Shown: in pieces, positions 18,962-28,746 of the stretch | Layout: the number at the start of each line of letters is the position of its first letter | How positions within the stretch are numbered: the stretch's first letter is position 1 | DNA from: a virus | Taxonomy: Duplodnaviria; Caudoviricetes | DNA: 33,079 nt | Virus record (IMG/VR): IMGVR_UViG_3300032227_000342 | Span: 1-33,079 of that record | Strand: one strand, 5' to 3' | Notes under the pieces: generated by a model | What the model was told of the DNA's origin: nothing | Database searches by the model: none | The model's input: the letters and a program-made list of their open reading frames with translations, nothing else | Program-made: the position numbers and the translations under genes

Positions 18962-21176
18962 CAACACTAATAGTGACGTTTGAGTTGTAGACTGCACCAA
19001 CCGAATTGATGATTGGTCCTGCTCCGTTTTCATTTTCTTGAATATATTCACCGAATAGCGTCATACCGGCAGGGTGAATTAGATCCTTGACGATCTTTCT
19101 ATACTTATTAACAGGTTGATTAACACGGACAACATATGAATAGTTTTGATAATAATCTCTATCCTGTAGGAACTTATAAGAACTTAGATGACCATCATCA
19201 TTGATATACCGGCCTGGATATGTGTAGATACCTGTAACAATGGTTGAAAATGCCTGTGCGGTACCAGAACCTGTTGCAGCAAGATTGATTGTTGGTGGTA
19301 CAACATAACCTGAACCACCAGACAAAACCTTTAGATCAACGATAGCACCAATTTTATCAGTAACAGTTAGTAGTTTTTCACCGCTTCCTAATAATGATGA
19401 TACAATAATATTAGCACCATTACCTGTTGGCGATACAACATTTACTGAAGGTAACTTATTAGAATCATATCCAAATCCACCTGGGAAAAACCCCGGCATC
19501 GTGTCATAATAAACTTCTGTAATAGCACCATTAGCAGCAACATTGATTACGCTGGCCCGAGCACCAGTTCCAAAGGTAAAAATATGACTCCAAAATTCAA
19601 GCTTATCACCAATACTATAATTTAGTCCACCGTTTACAATTTTCAATGCACCCAGAATACCAAGAGAACGCATAAAAGTATTTGCTTTGATACTTAATGT
19701 TGGTAGTTCTCTATATCCGGCGCCGCCATCTAATACTGCAATTCCTGTAACAGGACCGCAAACAAACGGAAAAAAGGAGAAACTATTTGCCATTATTGTA
19801 TTAACGTTTGGCTTCTTATTAATAACGATGGTTTCGGAAACTAAGTTACCCGGTAATCCAGGAGATCGGACGATAAGTGTATTTGAACTTTTAATTGCCG
19901 ATGTAATAATAGCAGTTCTACCGTTTACTGTGATAGTATCATTTGTTTCAAAATAAACATTAGAGTTGGCAATCCTATTACTTAAGTTCAGAATTAGAAT
20001 TTGACCTCCTGAACCTGTGCTAACTCTTATATTAGATGTATTTGACCATAGTGATGGTAATCCTGTAAAAGCATAAGTTTCTGTTGGACTTGCTGTATTT
20101 GTTCCTATTAATTGATCGGAAACCTGACCAATAGTGTTAGCAGCAAATAAATAAGTATTAGGCATAATCTTACCGGAGGTATCAATTGTAGATACGTTGG
20201 CTCTTGCACCAAATCCAGATCCACCTGAAATGAGTAGATCATCACCTACACTGAATCCTGAACCTCTTTCAGAAGGAATAATTGATAGCAGACCACCTTT
20301 TGAAGTTCTATTAACAACAACTTTAGCACCCGAACCAAGCAAACCATATTCGGTTTCTACTGGTTCAACGGGAATCTCCTCACCTTCTACATATCCTTCA
20401 CCAGCATTTGTTAAAGTGGCCGCAATAACAATACCAGAGAAGATATTAGCACTAACTCTCTTTTCTTCACCATTTTCTAGAATATAGGTAAAGACATTTT
20501 CACCAGAAGAAAAGTCTTGTTTATTGCCTGAAAGTTTTAATTCTGAAACTAACTCACCTTTATCATAGAATATATCAACAGATTCTACAATGGCGGTTGC
20601 ATTTGATGTTTCACCACGAATGAGGTGTGACTTGAACTTAACAGCACCAAATTGATCTATGGTATTAGCAACATATACTTCATTAACACGAATGGACTTT
20701 TCAACTAGCCATTTACCGTCGGATGTTCTAAGGATATCATTCTTAGGATAATAAACATCAACCTCTTTATCAAACAAGGTTCGCATAATGAACCGCAAAG
20801 ACTTTTCTGTACCAGTGGCACGGTAAATGTCTTTGGCATGTTTAAGAATCATATCAAGGTCAGCGGCCGAATTGTCAGGGAAAAACTTTAAAAAATTATC
20901 ATGAAACTTAGATAAGAAAACATGATAAGATCCAGTTTCTCTGTTATTATATTCTTCACCTTGTAATCTATCTTCAAGAATATCTTGGGATATATTATCA
21001 ATATCAAGAAATCTTGAGAGGTTTTTGGTAACATAACTTTGTTCATCATCCTGTTCCAGGAATTCATAATACTTTTCTAAGAATGTAACAAATTGTGGAT
21101 GGTCGTCCCTAACAAACTGAGGTACTTGTGAAGCGACTAATACGGATGTTTTGTTGTTTACGGTATTTGAGTGCAT
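18957..21176 (-). CDS. gp7: Baseplate wedge initiator, gp7-like
   Basis: 739 aa; QVPQFVRDDHPQFVTFLEKYYEFLE, YRATGTEKSLRFIMRTLF and C-terminal LQDRDYYQNYSYVV...HPAG. Lies between gp6 and gp8. Confidence 0.85.
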   Translation of the reverse strand: MHSNTVNNKTSVLVASQVPQFVRDDHPQFVTFLEKYYEFLEQDDEQSYVTKNLSRFLDIDNISQDILEDRLQGEEYNNRETGSYHVFLSKFHDNFLKFFPDNSAADLDMILKHAKDIYRATGTEKSLRFIMRTLFDKEVDVYYPKNDILRTSDGKWLVEKSIRVNEVYVANTIDQFGAVKFKSHLIRGETSNATAIVESVDIFYDKGELVSELKLSGNKQDFSSGENVFTYILENGEEKRVSANIFSGIVIAATLTNAGEGYVEGEEIPVEPVETEYGLLGSGAKVVVNRTSKGGLLSIIPSERGSGFSVGDDLLISGGSGFGARANVSTIDTSGKIMPNTYLFAANTIGQVSDQLIGTNTASPTETYAFTGLPSLWSNTSNIRVSTGSGGQILILNLSNRIANSNVYFETNDTITVNGRTAIITSAIKSSNTLIVRSPGLPGNLVSETIVINKKPNVNTIMANSFSFFPFVCGPVTGIAVLDGGAGYRELPTLSIKANTFMRSLGILGALKIVNGGLNYSIGDKLEFWSHIFTFGTGARASVINVAANGAITEVYYDTMPGFFPGGFGYDSNKLPSVNVVSPTGNGANIIVSSLLGSGEKLLTVTDKIGAIVDLKVLSGGSGYVVPPTINLAATGSGTAQAFSTIVTGIYTYPGRYINDDGHLSSYKFLQDRDYYQNYSYVVRVNQPVNKYRKIVKDLIHPAGMTLFGEYIQENENGAGPIINSVGAVYNSNVTISVE

Positions 21177-23254
21177 TAGGTTTCTGGTACCATTTCAATT
21201 TGAATACTACGAGCATTGTTTGTATCAATTGTTAAGATTCTATTCTTAGATGGTTGAATAATATCTTTTTCCGCCAGAGTATTGATTGTTAGAACGTTAT
21301 TGGCATAATAAGGTGTGTTGGCTGTTCCAGAAGCATAAAGTGAGTTAAGTGTAACTGAACCTGTTAGATAATCAATATCACCCGCATAATCATCAACAAT
21401 AATCTTTTCGCCTGTAGATTTAAAATAATAGGTTCTCAACTTACCATATCTGGATTCTAGAATGGCCTCTGCTTGACCATAGATACCATCTGGATCAGCA
21501 ATAACAACAGTGGCCCGGGTATAGTTGGCACCTCTATTGGTAATATTAATTCTATCAATAGCACCATTAATAACAATAGCAGTTGCCTTGGCACCGGTAC
21601 CGTCACCGATAATACTAATGGTTGGTGAACTTGTATAATTTCTACCTTTATTAATTACTCTAATCAAATCAATACCTGTAATAGTTTCTGTAACCTCTTC
21701 AAAGTAAACTTCTCTGGTAATACCGTTTATATCAAGAGTATTGATTGCGGGAAACGAGTAGAGTTTAAGATCAAATGATCCTTTTCTTAACTGGGTATTA
21801 AAATACATATAATAATTTCTTGTAGCAAGAGGTTGAATATCAACTTGCTTCTGAAGATAAATCTCTAGATCGGAACCTGTAATGGAAGGATCCGATGTCT
21901 CAATATAGTTCTGTAATTTTGATTTTCTGAAAATTGAATTAAAGCTATTCAATTCATCGTTTGTATAATCTACAATAGCCTGATTAACAATTGAATTGAT
22001 TTGTGAGGCGCTCTTTGAAGTCAATGTCGGATCATATGTAACACGGCCGCTAATTATAATGAAGCAAAAATCTGGATCAATAATCTCTGGCGTAACAGTC
22101 ATAACATTTCTATTCTTAATCAGATTATTGACAATGTTTTCTTTCTCAAGATTAGAAAGTCTATACATTCCCTTGGTTTTGATACTAATATAAACTTTAC
22201 CGTAATTTGGTGGATCATTTTCTTCTCCGCCCCAAACCGAAATGGCATCAACGTTATTATAATCTTTCATTATAAGAGTATAATAATCGTTTTCTGTAAC
22301 GGCACGGTTCTGTGCGGTATAAGCATATGGTGCCCGGAATTGAATCTGTTCTTCAGTTTCTTTATCAGTACCGCCATATGAGGATTCAATAGATGTAACG
22401 GTAACATTATCTCTGAATATCTGTGCTACTCTATCAACGAATCTAAAACCACTAATATTATTGGCACTAGAACCTTGTGTATCAAGATATGTAACTGTAA
22501 TGATGTTACCGTTAGCAGGTTTCTTACCAATAATATCATCACCAAAATAGACCGTATAGTTTAGATTTTCATTTTCTTCAATGAAATACACATAAGAATT
22601 GGCCGTGACCTCTGTTAGGTCCTGGAACATTGTATATTCGTTTGTATGTGTATTAGTTGCTGACTCTTGAACTGTAACAGTAATTGTGGAAGTATCAACA
22701 TTCTGAGAAGGAATTTCATATCTTCTTTTAACGTTATTAGCGGATGCCTGATACTGTCTGGTAATAACCTCACCCTGTTTAAGGACAATATTAGCAAAGT
22801 AGAAAGAACTACCAACCTTCTGTGATGAGTTGGCATTAACTGTAACGAATGGATAGTTTACACCATCAATATCCTCACCTAACAATCTTGTATAGCGATC
22901 TAGAACAATATAATTTACTGCCTGATCTTCTGTCTGAGAAGGTGTTACTTGAATATCAACTTTGGCCAATGCACCTCTTTTAGATTGTGGAACATAACCG
23001 ATAATCTTGGCGTGTGACAGAATATTCTGACGCATCTGTGCCGTATCAAGGAATGATTCATTGGCAACCATATTAAGATAGAAACCATTATAGTAAGTAT
23101 TATATGCTAACAGGTCTAGCATTACAGCCATACCTGAACCGTCAAAATCATAATCGGTAAATTCCGATTGGTTTCTGAGAAAGTCTTTAAGATTGTTTCT
23201 AATAGAGAAGAAGTCGAGGTCTGCTACTTTAATAGCATTGTTGGATGTTGCCAT
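21176..23254 (-). CDS. gp6: Baseplate wedge subunit, T4 gp6-like
   Basis: 692 aa; LDFFSIRNNLKDFLRNQSEFTDYDFDGSGMAVMLDLLAYNTYY, FGDDIIGKKP, AQNRAVTENDY and WGGEENDPPNYGKVYISIK. Confidence 0.95.
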   Translation of the reverse strand: MATSNNAIKVADLDFFSIRNNLKDFLRNQSEFTDYDFDGSGMAVMLDLLAYNTYYNGFYLNMVANESFLDTAQMRQNILSHAKIIGYVPQSKRGALAKVDIQVTPSQTEDQAVNYIVLDRYTRLLGEDIDGVNYPFVTVNANSSQKVGSSFYFANIVLKQGEVITRQYQASANNVKRRYEIPSQNVDTSTITVTVQESATNTHTNEYTMFQDLTEVTANSYVYFIEENENLNYTVYFGDDIIGKKPANGNIITVTYLDTQGSSANNISGFRFVDRVAQIFRDNVTVTSIESSYGGTDKETEEQIQFRAPYAYTAQNRAVTENDYYTLIMKDYNNVDAISVWGGEENDPPNYGKVYISIKTKGMYRLSNLEKENIVNNLIKNRNVMTVTPEIIDPDFCFIIISGRVTYDPTLTSKSASQINSIVNQAIVDYTNDELNSFNSIFRKSKLQNYIETSDPSITGSDLEIYLQKQVDIQPLATRNYYMYFNTQLRKGSFDLKLYSFPAINTLDINGITREVYFEEVTETITGIDLIRVINKGRNYTSSPTISIIGDGTGAKATAIVINGAIDRINITNRGANYTRATVVIADPDGIYGQAEAILESRYGKLRTYYFKSTGEKIIVDDYAGDIDYLTGSVTLNSLYASGTANTPYYANNVLTINTLAEKDIIQPSKNRILTIDTNNARSIQIEMVPET

Positions 23255-23259
23255 TGGTA

Positions 23260-23664
23260 TTAACGAATCCTCTCTAGAAATAAATTAGTAGTTACTGGCA
23301 TTTCTCTGTTAAGAATAATATATTCTAATCTAACACTGTAACCGTTATTATCGCTATCATCGGTGACAACAACGTTTGTTAGTCTAACTCTCGGTTCAAA
23401 ATTATTTATGACTTCAAAAACGGCATCTTTAAGTAAGGATGCTGTAATGGCATTGGCGTTGTCAAATAAAAGTTTTCTGATATTTGAACCAATATTTGAT
23501 TGAAACGGCCGGTCATAATGATTAGTAAAAATAATATTTCTTAAAGACCTCTTAATAGCCTCATCACCTATTTTCCTTGATACATCGCTGGTTGTCGGAT
23601 GCTTAAGAAAATCCAAATCAAGATCACTATAATCTGGAAGTCGGTTGATACGTGAGGTTGCCAT
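23260..23664 (-). CDS. gp25: Baseplate wedge subunit / sheath initiator, gp25-like
   Basis: 134 aa; YSDLDLDF..HP...DV, AIKRSLRNIIFT, RPF...IGS, INNFEPRV and a C-terminal LERIR. Confidence 0.93.
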   Translation of the reverse strand: MATSRINRLPDYSDLDLDFLKHPTTSDVSRKIGDEAIKRSLRNIIFTNHYDRPFQSNIGSNIRKLLFDNANAITASLLKDAVFEVINNFEPRVRLTNVVVTDDSDNNGYSVRLEYIILNREMPVTTNLFLERIR

Positions 23665-23686
23665 AATAGTCCTTTACTATTTTACT

Positions 23687-23694
23687 TATTTAGT
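23687..23694 (-). promoter_or_regulatory. Probable late promoter ACTAAATA upstream of gp25
   Basis: TAAATA core in the intergenic gap, followed by an AAGGA RBS. The same octamer occurs at 29213-29220. Confidence 0.55.
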
Positions 23695-24737
23695 TAGAAC
23701 CAACCAGGATCTTCCGATTGTTCTTCTTGAGGTTGTGTAACGGCCTTAGCCATACCCATTTTTCCTACGGCCTTTAAGGCGTCCGCCAAGTCAAATGATG
23801 GCATGTCTGTTTCTGAGGCACCAGCATTTGTTGCTTGTGTTCCTCTAACGCTGACAGTTTGTCCTGAAACATATGTCTGTGAAGAACCTTTAATACCAAC
23901 TGATTCACCTTTAACAAGAGCCTTACCAGAGGCCTCCATGTTAACATCACCACTATCAGATGAAATGTTAACATTACCCTGTTTTGATAAAATCTTGGCA
24001 GTCTCTTGTGCAATCATATGAATGGCACCACTATCGGATAGAAACTTAATGGCATCTTGCATCTTGGCCTCAAAAGTTCCTTTTTTACTTTCAAAGTGAA
24101 AATTACCTTGTTCAATATTAGATGTAATATCACCTTGCCCGACTTGCATATTGATACCTTTAGAACCACCAATATGTGCCTGATCTAATGATGCCGCTGT
24201 AATAGAACCTTTAGCAGACATAGCAATAGCACCTTGTGCCGTCTTAGAAGATGAACCTTCTAGTTTTTTGGTTTCATTTTTTGCCTTGGTGTCGATATTA
24301 CCACGAATAACACGATTATGGTTTTTGGCAATCAGATTATAATTACCATTTACAGTAACATTATAATCTTTATGGAAGGTGGCGTTATAGTCACCATAAA
24401 CTCTGAGTGAACAATCACCCTTTACTGTGATATCATGAGCACCGGAGATTGTAACACGGTCCTCACCAAATACAGCGGTATACATTGAATTGTGTGCCGT
24501 GATATGAACAGCACCATCAGGCATCATTTGAATTGCTGAACCACCACGATGCTGTAAACTTACAGTTTCTTCACCTTTGGAGTCATCAAACACCAAACTG
24601 TGACCTGATCTAGTCTTATAAGACCAGTAATTTGGATATTTACCAGATCCTTCTGAATTGCCTACACCGGCAGGCCGTTCATATTTTTCTGGTGTTTTTC
24701 CTTTAGGATTGTTGTTTTGATACTTTTTGCCTGCCAT
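23694..24737 (-). CDS. gp5: Baseplate central spike beta-helix (gp5 C-terminal part) as a stand-alone gene
   Basis: 347 aa. YPNYWSYKTRSGHSLVFDDSKGEETVSLQHRGGS matches the start of T4 gp5C and is followed by 8-residue (V/I)xG repeats. No OB-fold or lysozyme is recognisable. Confidence 0.85.
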   Translation of the reverse strand: MAGKKYQNNNPKGKTPEKYERPAGVGNSEGSGKYPNYWSYKTRSGHSLVFDDSKGEETVSLQHRGGSAIQMMPDGAVHITAHNSMYTAVFGEDRVTISGAHDITVKGDCSLRVYGDYNATFHKDYNVTVNGNYNLIAKNHNRVIRGNIDTKAKNETKKLEGSSSKTAQGAIAMSAKGSITAASLDQAHIGGSKGINMQVGQGDITSNIEQGNFHFESKKGTFEAKMQDAIKFLSDSGAIHMIAQETAKILSKQGNVNISSDSGDVNMEASGKALVKGESVGIKGSSQTYVSGQTVSVRGTQATNAGASETDMPSFDLADALKAVGKMGMAKAVTQPQEEQSEDPGWF

Positions 24738-26206
24738 TATCCAATACCACCTATTTGTTTAATAATTTCTAGTGGATTACCACCATCTACAGTAGATTTC
24801 ACAATTTGCATTAGTTTCTGTTGATCCATTCCGCCAGATAGTTTTTCGGTCATCTTCTTAACTTCCGACTCACCACCTTGAGGTAATCTTTGCATCATTT
24901 CCATAATTTTTGAGGCGCCGCTTCCGAACATATTGCCCATGCCACTACCTTTACCACCTCCTCCGCCTCCGCCACCTCCTCCTGACGATCCAGTAGGCGT
25001 GGGTGGTGAGAAACCAAGACCCATAGAGGTATTAGAGTCTGTGAGATTATTAGCAAAGGTACTAAGGTTATTTGCTGCGGTATTGGAATACTCAATATGA
25101 ATATGTCCGTTAGCATATACAGTTTGTAATGCCGTTCCCCAGGCAGTTTCTATTTCTTGTTCTATATTAAGGAGTTTATCTAGACCATGCAATGAGTTGT
25201 CCCATTGTAATCTTTGAAGGACATACATCAAGTCATCAATACAAGTTACCTGACACAAAAGGTCCTGTGCATTTTTTAGATACGTTTCTTCATGCACCTG
25301 GTTATCTGTAACAAATGCCACACCATTTGATACATCATAATTCTGAATAAGATATGATAGGCTACTAACTGCATCTTGCATTTGTGGTGTAAGATTTGCC
25401 TTAACATCATTTAATGAAACATCAACTGTTCCTGGATCAGCAACGCCGTTAGGTGCATAAGAGACGCTAAAGTTTCCGGATACTGCGGCACCACCTACAC
25501 CCGCGCCAGCACCGCCTGAACCACCGCCACCACCTCCTCGGCCGCCGAAACCTCCCATTCCGCCGCCGTTCATAAGACCTTGAAACATACCGCCGATATT
25601 GCCAATAGTACCTTGTAATTGGTCCATCATATCGTTGGTCATCATCTGCTGCCCTTTTTGTTTGGCAGTAGGTATGTTTGGCATTCCAGGAATACGGAAA
25701 CCGGTCATATCAAAAAGAGCACCATGAGTTGGCAACCCTTTGAGTAGACTGTGCGAGTGCATCTGACCTTTTTCTTTAATCTTTCTAATCTTAGCACCAT
25801 TTTCTTCTTTCTCTTCAATAGAAGGTGGTGTTGAAACACCAGTGGTCATTTTAAATAACTGACTCCAATTACTTAAAAGATCAATATTACCAGGTGTTCT
25901 ATTAGATGAATTATGAAGATCATTGGCCTGACCGATAATTGTTACTTGGTTCTGACCTGTATTTTTTAGCACATATACAAGTGTGCCTGGATCCATTACA
26001 CCAGGAAAACATTGCTGTGAATGTTGTGTTGGTGAATGTGACATTGGAGAAAAGTTAAGGTGATTTAATTGAACACCTGAACCATGCTCCATAGGAGAAA
26101 CTACTCTTTGGTTACCAGAATGATCTTTTGCTGGATCTTCCATATGTCCGCCAGCAATAATACCAATCTGAACACCAGCACTGCCTGGAAAACTTTTAGG
26201 ATACAT
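24737..26206 (-). CDS. Putative gp5 N-terminal part: divergent OB-fold plus an unknown domain between Gly-rich linkers (489 aa)
   Basis: Start moved to ATG 26206 (TAATG overlap, AAGGAG RBS). GIIAGGHMEDP...SGNQRV...H...L.F...P...PGTLVYV...IIG parallels the gp5/VgrG OB-fold pattern. It lies between the hub gene and gp5C. Confidence 0.6.
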   Translation of the reverse strand: MYPKSFPGSAGVQIGIIAGGHMEDPAKDHSGNQRVVSPMEHGSGVQLNHLNFSPMSHSPTQHSQQCFPGVMDPGTLVYVLKNTGQNQVTIIGQANDLHNSSNRTPGNIDLLSNWSQLFKMTTGVSTPPSIEEKEENGAKIRKIKEKGQMHSHSLLKGLPTHGALFDMTGFRIPGMPNIPTAKQKGQQMMTNDMMDQLQGTIGNIGGMFQGLMNGGGMGGFGGRGGGGGGSGGAGAGVGGAAVSGNFSVSYAPNGVADPGTVDVSLNDVKANLTPQMQDAVSSLSYLIQNYDVSNGVAFVTDNQVHEETYLKNAQDLLCQVTCIDDLMYVLQRLQWDNSLHGLDKLLNIEQEIETAWGTALQTVYANGHIHIEYSNTAANNLSTFANNLTDSNTSMGLGFSPPTPTGSSGGGGGGGGGGKGSGMGNMFGSGASKIMEMMQRLPQGGESEVKKMTEKLSGGMDQQKLMQIVKSTVDGGNPLEIIKQIGGIG

Positions 26207-27420
26207 TAAACAACTCCTTCGCCAACAGTAGATGCTACACACTCTAATGATGTGGTGGAGAAACCACCGAATCTAACAGTGTGGTTTAATGATGAAATAA
26301 GATATTTACCCGAACCATATATAACTTCACCTTTTTTACCGGTCCAATCAAATTGAATTGTTTTACCAGCATGTAAATATGGATTAAAAGGTACCAACAT
26401 TCTAAGAGCAATCTTGTCTTTTTCTAATAGTGCCATTCTGGCCTGTCTTTTAAGTAAATATTTTTCTACACCAATATTACAAGAGGTGCCTTGATCACTG
26501 GACGTTCCTTGATTGGATAATGCTGCCTTGAAATTATAACCTTTAGTGCATCCACCCATACTATTACCACCAAGCATAGACATCATTTTACTAACAGGAT
26601 TAAATGTGGCAAGGGTATTCATATTCATACCACCTGCTCCAAGACCATTTAGTAAGTCTGACAAATAATCAAAGTCACATGGAAACATAAATGAAATAAC
26701 AACTGATGGATCACCGTAACCTCTGGTATTATCTCTTAGACCAACCTCTGAATGTTTAAAGGTCATTGAAGGGCCGGCATCACTTAAAACTTTTAATGAT
26801 TGGAAATAATGTGTGCCTTGATTTTCATAGGTCATAAAGTGAACAAAATCTGGTTCATCATTATTCAAGGCCATATTTGCCATTTGAGAGACTACTTGAA
26901 ATGGATGAATATTCTCGGCAATATAATCTCTACCTTCACCGCCGGAGTCAATCCTTTTACTACCAGCATTAAGACAAGAACCTAAAACATAATCTACAAC
27001 ATCGCCTGGCTGTGTGCATTTCCAAGAACGACTGACTAATGACTTGGCATCCTCGATAGTTGTTTTATCGCAGGCATGAATGGTAAACTCTTCAGTCTGA
27101 CCTACGTTGGTTGGCATAAACGACCGATTATCCAATCTATACAATTGCTGATTAACGGATAATGACATTGCGCCAGGTCTAGTAAGAGTAAATGTTAGTG
27201 GTTGATTTTTCCAGGAATCAAAGTTCTTGACTTTTTCATAGATTGATGATTGAATTGTCACCGCCGTCTGTAGTCCAGGTGTTAATAGACTTTCGGCCAT
27301 AACAATCTCTTTAATAGATATTTGTGGATATCCATCAATCATTCCACCAATGTCAAAACCATTGATATTTACAAGAGCATTAGTAAACTTAGGATCATTA
27401 TAATTATAATTATGTGGCAT
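26206..27420 (-). CDS. Baseplate hub protein (gp27/Mu gp44-like)
   Basis: 404 aa; ESLLTPG near the N-terminus, FMTYEN...YFQSL, and C-terminal VPFNPYLHAGKTI...SGKYLISSLNH. Lies between gp53 and gp5. Confidence 0.72.
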   Translation of the reverse strand: MPHNYNYNDPKFTNALVNINGFDIGGMIDGYPQISIKEIVMAESLLTPGLQTAVTIQSSIYEKVKNFDSWKNQPLTFTLTRPGAMSLSVNQQLYRLDNRSFMPTNVGQTEEFTIHACDKTTIEDAKSLVSRSWKCTQPGDVVDYVLGSCLNAGSKRIDSGGEGRDYIAENIHPFQVVSQMANMALNNDEPDFVHFMTYENQGTHYFQSLKVLSDAGPSMTFKHSEVGLRDNTRGYGDPSVVISFMFPCDFDYLSDLLNGLGAGGMNMNTLATFNPVSKMMSMLGGNSMGGCTKGYNFKAALSNQGTSSDQGTSCNIGVEKYLLKRQARMALLEKDKIALRMLVPFNPYLHAGKTIQFDWTGKKGEVIYGSGKYLISSLNHTVRFGGFSTTSLECVASTVGEGVV

Positions 27421-27421
27421 A

Positions 27422-28219
27422 TTAAATTAATCTTCTGACATATGATAACTGAAAGTTTGTTAAATCATTAAACTCTTTCATAATACTGGAAAAATATTCT
27501 TTCTTGATAACTTTAATAGTTCTTCTGTTATCATTAAGTTCTTCTTCATAGGTATAGCAATCAATTTCTTGTCCGTATATTGTTTCTTCTATAGTCTTAC
27601 CTACAATATTATAGGTATCTACAGTTTTGCCTCTTGAAATAGCACTGGCTTCCGAATCTCCATCCATTGATAATGCGATTTCACCATCCTGATCCATTCT
27701 AAACTCTTCACTATCTATTGTTTGACCTAATAAAGAGGCATAGGGAAAGTAATACTGAAACGGTTGTTCAGGTGAGTTTCTTGTGAGTTTATCACTGTTA
27801 ATCCAATATCTATCGGTAGTAGTGACACCTGTTTCGGAGTCATATCTTTCAACAACCTTCTCATAATGATGTGGTGTTATTTTGGCATTTTCAATTGAAC
27901 CATATTTACCTATGATATATTTACTAAATGATCTATAATCCAAAGGCCAATCAAATTGTGGATCTAAGATATTATTGGCATATATGATTAACCAACCTAC
28001 TCCAGAATCACCATAGATTTTCTCAGCCAATATTTCGGGTGTATCACCATCTTCTAGTTCCAAAACATAATAAGAAGAGGTATTGTTTAACACCTCTTTA
28101 AGCATACCAATACGCATAAAGATATTGGTTACGGTCTCATATTTTGGATATAGACTTCTATTGATATCATATTGTATCTTAGGAAATCTATCGAAGAATG
28201 GTGTGTTAGTTATAGACAT
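27422..28219 (-). CDS. gp53: Baseplate wedge subunit, gp53-like (LysM-type)
   Basis: 265 aa; FFDRFPKIQYD, DGDTPEILAEKIYGD...WLIIYANNILDPQFDWPL, HHYE and YEEELNDNRRTIKV. Confidence 0.92.
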   Translation of the reverse strand: MSITNTPFFDRFPKIQYDINRSLYPKYETVTNIFMRIGMLKEVLNNTSSYYVLELEDGDTPEILAEKIYGDSGVGWLIIYANNILDPQFDWPLDYRSFSKYIIGKYGSIENAKITPHHYEKVVERYDSETGVTTTDRYWINSDKLTRNSPEQPFQYYFPYASLLGQTIDSEEFRMDQDGEIALSMDGDSEASAISRGKTVDTYNIVGKTIEETIYGQEIDCYTYEEELNDNRRTIKVIKKEYFSSIMKEFNDLTNFQLSYVRRLI

Positions 28220-28229
28220 TTTAGTTTAT

Positions 28230-28742
28230 TTAACTCCTTATTACCCAGTTTTCAACGGGTAATTGAATTGCTTTGTTGTATTCCGTAGGATATATCTCAA
28301 TAAACTTTGATCTAACATTATTAAATAAATACTTTTTAATACATTGCTGAGATAGTGTATCCAATGTGCTAGTTGATTTCATAATATTATATGATAGCAA
28401 CATTCGGGTTGAACCATCCATCTTATTATTATTAGCAAATTCCATTAGAATTGTCAACATTGTCGATCTAGCACCGCCCGAAAGATAATGTAGATTCAAT
28501 CCTAGAAAAGAACCACCATATCTTTCTAATGGTATTACCAAAGGAAACTTATCATACTTTGGCAGATAATATTTACCTTTGGGATCATACTTAAAGAAAT
28601 ACATTCTGCCGATCATACTGGTATCACGGTGACTTCTATTGTCACTCATAATAAGTTTACGAGCATAGTTGGGATTAGATGCCTCAGAGGCCTTTTCTAA
28701 CAACCAACTCTGTAATTCTTCCGCAGAATATTTATTATCCAT
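28230..28742 (-). CDS. gp2: DNA end protector protein, gp2-like
   Basis: 170 aa; GRMYFFKYDPKGK..LPKYDKFPLV...FLGLNLHYL and CIKKYL...VRS. Confidence 0.92.
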   Translation of the reverse strand: MDNKYSAEELQSWLLEKASEASNPNYARKLIMSDNRSHRDTSMIGRMYFFKYDPKGKYYLPKYDKFPLVIPLERYGGSFLGLNLHYLSGGARSTMLTILMEFANNNKMDGSTRMLLSYNIMKSTSTLDTLSQQCIKKYLFNNVRSKFIEIYPTEYNKAIQLPVENWVIRS

Positions 28743-28746
28743 TTAT

